DNA of 64,000 nucleotides, taken from assembly GCA_904063045.1 (NCBI GenBank), contig CAJFCJ010000070.1, positions 208,791-272,790 on the forward strand. Reading direction: 5' to 3'. This DNA comes from Dimorphilus gyrociliatus. Lineage: Eukaryota > Animalia > Annelida. Both the position numbers and the translations under genes were made by a program. This document shows positions 58,847-64,000 of this stretch, piece by piece (the first letter of the stretch is position 1; each line of letters opens with the position of its first letter). The notes below the pieces were generated by a model, which saw only the letters and a list, made by a program, of their open reading frames with translations, had not been told where the DNA came from and searched no databases.

Positions 58847-60834
58847 TTTAAATTTGTATGTATGAATATATATTGACATTGAATATTCCAGTTTATTAAA
58901 ATGGGTAAAATATCTTCATAGTTTAATTGGCTAATGTTGATTAATATTCCATTTTTAGCAATTTTATATTTGGAGGCTAATATTGAGATAGTTTTGACTT
59001 GAATATCTCTAAATGAACTGTCAGATATCATAAAAAATTCTGTTTTCATTTGTATATTTGGTGGCAATAACTTTGAAAAGTTTTTTGCCTCCTTGTCTGA
59101 CAAGAAATTCTTTCCCCATTCTCTATAAATATCAATCAGCTTTTTATCTTTTCTATAATTGTTCCTCAATATCATTTTCCATCCCTTATATTTTTTGATG
59201 CAATCTGTCATACTCAAAACAAGTGCATTGGCTCCATCTATACCCATTTTTTTTGCTTCTTTGCAGTGATCTTGAGACCTCATCTCTTCCAATGCCAACC
59301 AGGCTTTTTCATCAAACAAATCCAGTTCACTAGAATCAATGGAGATATTGTTAGTAGTTTCTATTGGTGAAGATGTTTTTAATGGTGATCCTAATTCAAA
59401 ATTTTTTGACAAATGTAATTTTGTAACAACAGATTCTTTATCACAAGCACCCATGATTGTCTCATTTGAAATGTCTCTTGAACAAAATTTGTTATCATTT
59501 TCATTTGTAGCTGTTTCCATCATTTCAGTAAGATCATTTTCAACACTGATTTGATCTGTAAACCTTTCTTCCTCATTTTTATCCTTTTCTTCAGTTGCTG
59601 TTTTATTCTTGGTTTCCTCAGCTGTATTTACTATTTGTTCATTATTTCTTTCTATACTAGATTCAGTTGATTTGGTTTGTTGATTGTTTTCTTCATTGGT
59701 TATACTAACAGAGTCTCTCTTTTCTGCAATAAACTCATCATCTTTCACTTGTTCTGGCTTGTTATCACTTGGAGAATCAATTGTTGTTAGAATACTTTGT
59801 TCATTTTCTCTTTCCAATTCATTAAAAATTTGTTGATGTTCTTTCAGACTATCCCCTTTATCTTTGATATTAGTATCATAATTTTTCTGTAGAATAGTTG
59901 TTTCTTCTATTTCCTTATAATTTGCATCCTTCTCTGTTACAAGTGTTTCTTTTACAATATTATCACTTGTATGTGTCTCTATTATAGATGTTGCTTTCAA
60001 TTTCTTATGACTTTCATCTTTTTCAACAACTGATGATTTTTCTATTTCCTTGTCACTTGTATATTTCCTATTTCCTTTCATTTCCTTAATTGTGCCATGA
60101 CTTGTATCTTTCTTATCTTCTTGTATTTCTTTAATTATACTATCAGTTGTAACCTTTTTCATTATTGTGATTTCTTTAATTTTTTCACCATTTGTACCAA
60201 TATCTATTATAGCAGCCATGTCACTTACACCATTTTCTCTTCTAGATGACTCAGGGTTAGGTTTGTTCTTTTTCCTGTTTTTATCATTACTTTTACATCT
60301 TACACAAAATTCCATCAAACTCTCTTTTGTTTCATCAACAAAGTCCTTGTCCAATCTGGCAGATTTTTCCAAAAAGATTTTTGAAATCCATCTTTTGATA
60401 TCATTTTCATCAAAGTGTCTGCATAGAATACCAAGATTATTAGAATAATTTTCAAATACAAGGTAATGTTCCAGATTTTCCAAATACATTTTTTCAATTA
60501 GATCTTTAAACTTCTTATATTCATTTTTCATTGATTCTTGAAAAGCTTTTGTAATATTAAATCTATTGACAAAGTATAAGAATTCTGATGAACTACAAAT
60601 TTTTTTGAATGGGACACCAATATATTTTTCAATATGCTTTTCAATGATGAACTTAAGTTGTTTGTAAATATCAGATTGTGCTGTATTGAAATTGAATTTA
60701 AGGCATTCCTTTTCTTTAAAGATATCAGGATAAAACCATGGATGGATTTGTAGCTTTGTTTTTTCTTTATTTCCTTTCATTTTCAGTTTACAATTCATTA
60801 TTCCTTTCTTAAATGAATAACAAAAAAGAAACAA
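58847..60834 (-). CDS. PLE 2 giant ORF, 5' part (first in-frame ATG at 60798): helical N-terminus, long Glu/Lys/Thr-rich low-complexity region, start of SGNH-like domain
   Basis: In frame with 53092..56116 once the MULE and one TSD are removed (…IHTNL-NSPKETYG…). Confidence 0.85.
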
Positions 60835-60979
60835 AACATAAATATCTATTCAATAACATAGTTTGTAACTCAACATGAACATAAATATAAGTAGCCTAAC
60901 CATATATATAAATATATTTCTGATCATATTTGTGATATTCCTCCTCATAGAACCAAAAAAATAATTTTTTTTAATGATA

Positions 60980-61320
60980 TTCTGTAGAGAAAAATTTTGG
61001 ATCTGAAATTAAATTATGTTGCATATTTACTCCTTTGAAATAAAGAGCCTAAAAGGCAAACTTGTTTCATGGAGAATCAACAACCTTTCACATTAAAAAA
61101 ACTGGAAAGCAAAAAGTGTTTCTCATGAAAAATAGTTAAAATTTAGGAAAAGAATAATTGTAAATTTAAAAGCAAAAAAAGCCATTTCATTTAGAGTTAT
61201 TCTGTAAAGAAAAATGTAGAATTTTGCAGTCCTAAACTTTGCATATATATTCCATTGAAATGAAGAACCTAAAAGGTGAAATTTTTTTCATTGGGAATAT
61301 ACAAGTTTTTATAATAAATT
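60980..61320. repeat. Diverged tandem duplication, period about 220 bp, upstream of the giant ORF
   Basis: TCTGTARAGAAAAAT...TTGCATAT...TTGAAAT...CCTAAAAGG at about 60981 and 61201. Confidence 0.6.
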
Positions 61321-63098
61321 AAAAAGTTTCAAAAAAGTGTTTCTTTGTATTTCTTTTTACATAAAAGTAATCCTTTTAAATTTATAAGAAAGGTGGAATA
61401 TCTCAATATATTAACATAAAGAAATATTTAAAACAAAAATAAATTCATAACCAAGGGCTGTAAATTTATTTATGGAGACAAAACTCTTCAAAACAAAACA
61501 TAAACTACTTACATTTATAGCTAGATTCTTGTAAGACTCAAGAAGAAGAAGGGAACAGTTAGTAGGTTTTGATCTTGTAGAACTTCAAATGTGGTCAATC
61601 AGATTTAAGGTTGAGATGCTGTAAGAAAAAATATATAATAATAATAAAAATTCATATTACAATGTAACATATAACTAACTCTGTAATCCAAGAAAAATGT
61701 TGAAAAAAAAGAGCAGCAAATAGCAAATCAATCAGCAAAAAGTTGGCTCTGTATAAAGAATATAGAAAGATTATTATGAGAAATCATCAACCAAATATAG
61801 TAATTAAATGCTTCTATGAATTAAACTGTTATAGTTAAAGATTTAACATTTCTTTATTTTTTACTTGTCAAACATTTGTTTTTACGTGTAAAATTTTTTT
61901 TCGCCTGATCAAATTGATTTTTAAATGACATTAATGGGCTTGAAAAGCTGATTCTAATGATATATAATAAGTCTATATTCCGTCAACTCTTTATACCAAA
62001 AAAGTTAAAAAAAGTGTAAAGCTTACTTGTAACAGAGACAAGTCTGGTGAACAGTCTTTCCTCTGTGGTAGCAAATGAAAGAGTGGGCAATAGCAAGGAC
62101 TATATATACTTTAGCAGAGAAGCCCCTCCCCTTCCCCCCTCAATGGCAACAAAGCCCTTGATAAGACACTATCAAAACATATCACTTGTCACCTTTTCAG
62201 ATTATATCACTTATGATAAGGGTGTTCTTGTGAAGAAAGTGTCACTCTAGCCATCACCTCTTGACCTTTGTATGTCATAATGTATAGATATTAATATATT
62301 TTATTTATTTATCTTTTTGAAAAAATGCTTTTACAATAAGGAAGAATCATTGCAATCAAATGATTAATTAATTATACTCTTTATCATTCAATAAATTAAT
62401 AACTGGTGAATTACTGATTAATTTTATGTACTTAATTTGTAGAATTATATGAGAATGGATATTGAAGAATGTGTAAATAGAAACAATAATACACATATAT
62501 ATATATATTCTTTAAGCAATATTTTTAATGTAGGTCAATGAAAATCTTATTCAGTCACCAGATAGTTGACCTAGAAAAGTCAAGTCATAATGTGCCATTC
62601 ATTAAGTAGGTCATTGAATCTATTATCCAATCACCATCCAACAATTCAAAAAATTACAATTTTTCTTACTGACTGTTACCTTGTTTAAACTATTCAAACG
62701 GAATGAATGAAATCATTTCTGCTATGGCAGTTGGATATTTGAAAAGGCAATTGAATTTGGAGTATTTTGCAAGAAATTTGACTAAAATCAAATGAGAAAT
62801 AAGGGAGGAGGAGCTGTCTGAAGATGAACTAATATTTTCTAAAACACCTATAAAAGTGCATATTTTTAAAGTAACTTTTCTAGACTCCTACTGGACAGAT
62901 TTTAATGAAATTTGTTCCAAAAAAAACAGTAGAAATTGAATTTTTCTACTTCATATATACGAAATATATTTTTGAATGGGTTACATTAAAAAAAACTATA
63001 ACAAAATTTAAGAATTAAAGCAACCATGCAAAAAACTAGTACAAGTGTCTATGTAACAATTGGGACTATCATTTTCTTTCAAATTTAAAAGAAAATAT

Positions 63099-63665
63099 TA
63101 TATAAAAGTGACATTTTTAATATATATCATTCAATCTAACTATAAATATTTAAAACAACTGTAAATCAATTGGTAGAATTGATGTTCTTCATCATAATTT
63201 CGTATTTAGATAGTACATGTGTTTAACCTAATTGATCAGTGTTAAAATAACATTGTATATTATCGGAGTTAATTTATTCTAGAAGGAAAATGAATTCTCT
63301 ACAATTCAAAACAAATTTTGTTAAATTTGGATAAGAAATAAGGGTAGAAGGGTAGCTTAAAGTTGAATGAATATTTTATCAAATGATATATAAAAGTGAT
63401 AGTTTTAATATATTTAATTACATCCAAAATATAACATTTAAAGCAACTGTAAATTGATCCTAAAATAGATGTTCTTCAACATCCTTTTGTTTTATGACAG
63501 TACACTCATTTAAGCTATTTAAAAAACATTTAAACTATGTTGTATATTATCGGAGTTAATTTATTCTAAAAGGAAATTGAATTCTCTATCATTTAAAAAA
63601 AATTTGTCAAATTTGGATAAGAAATAAGGCTAGACGAGGTGTTTAAAGTTGAATGAATATTTTTT
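63099..63665. repeat. Diverged tandem duplication, period about 288 bp
   Basis: TATATAAAAGTGA..., TTGTATATTATCGGAGTTAATTTATTCTA and AAATTTGGATAAGAAATAAGG each occur twice. Confidence 0.85.
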
Positions 63666-64000
63666 TAAAACCTCAAATTAGCAATATCTTTAAATTAAGT
63701 TTTCTCAGCTTCTATTTGGACTAATTTATTTTGGAAAGCAAATTAAAGGCCTCAAAACGAATTTCTTTATTCTGTGTAAATTGAATAGCAATGAGCATGC
63801 CATACATTAAAAATCTTTTATTCTATAAGACAACTACTATATAAAATACAAGTAAATTACAATTCATTAAAGAAGTTGTTTAAGTAGGAGTATTGACTTG
63901 TTGTGAGAAAGCTGATTATAACCACCGTTTTATTGATTAACTTGCTCGCAATTGTTGAGAAGTGCTATAAAGTTCAATCCAGTTCTCTTCATATTTCTCT

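Larger units (their letters stand above)
49598..60834 (-). mobile_element. Penelope-like element 2 (Terminon-like, multi-ORF, degenerate endonuclease); 5' boundary not defined
   Basis: Tandem hammerhead-bearing 3' repeats, an SGNH-like ORF and a giant RT ORF, all on the minus strand; 3' end joined to array 2. Confidence 0.85.

Overview
AT-rich animal genomic DNA with very short (about 45-60 bp) GT-AG introns and TTAGGG telomeric repeats, most likely a compact invertebrate genome; the species cannot be determined from the sequence. 1-22.7 kb is a nested transposon cluster: two related Ty3/Gypsy LTR retrotransposons with env-like genes, several Mutator-like (MULE) DNA transposons, and a 1.3-kb-arm inverted duplication of a small secreted Cys-peptide gene. 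23-45 kb holds host genes and pseudogenes: a class A GPCR, a PAN/apple gene, an LDLa-LRR receptor, a Cys-rich repeat gene and an inverted paralog pair. The most interesting part is 45.1-60.8 kb, a head-to-tail chain of two Penelope-like retroelements (PLEs). Both are antisense to TTAGGG arrays, each joins a G-rich array by its 3' end, and each carries minimal type I hammerhead ribozymes near that end. This is the geometry of telomere-priming Athena/Terminon elements. However, element 1 keeps an intact-looking Neptune-type GIY-YIG endonuclease, whereas element 2 has a degenerate one. Removing a MULE with a 9-bp TSD from element 2 restores one ORF of about 1,660 aa (SGNH-like + RT + degenerate GIY-YIG). 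All family and fold assignments are by eye from motifs; no searches were run.
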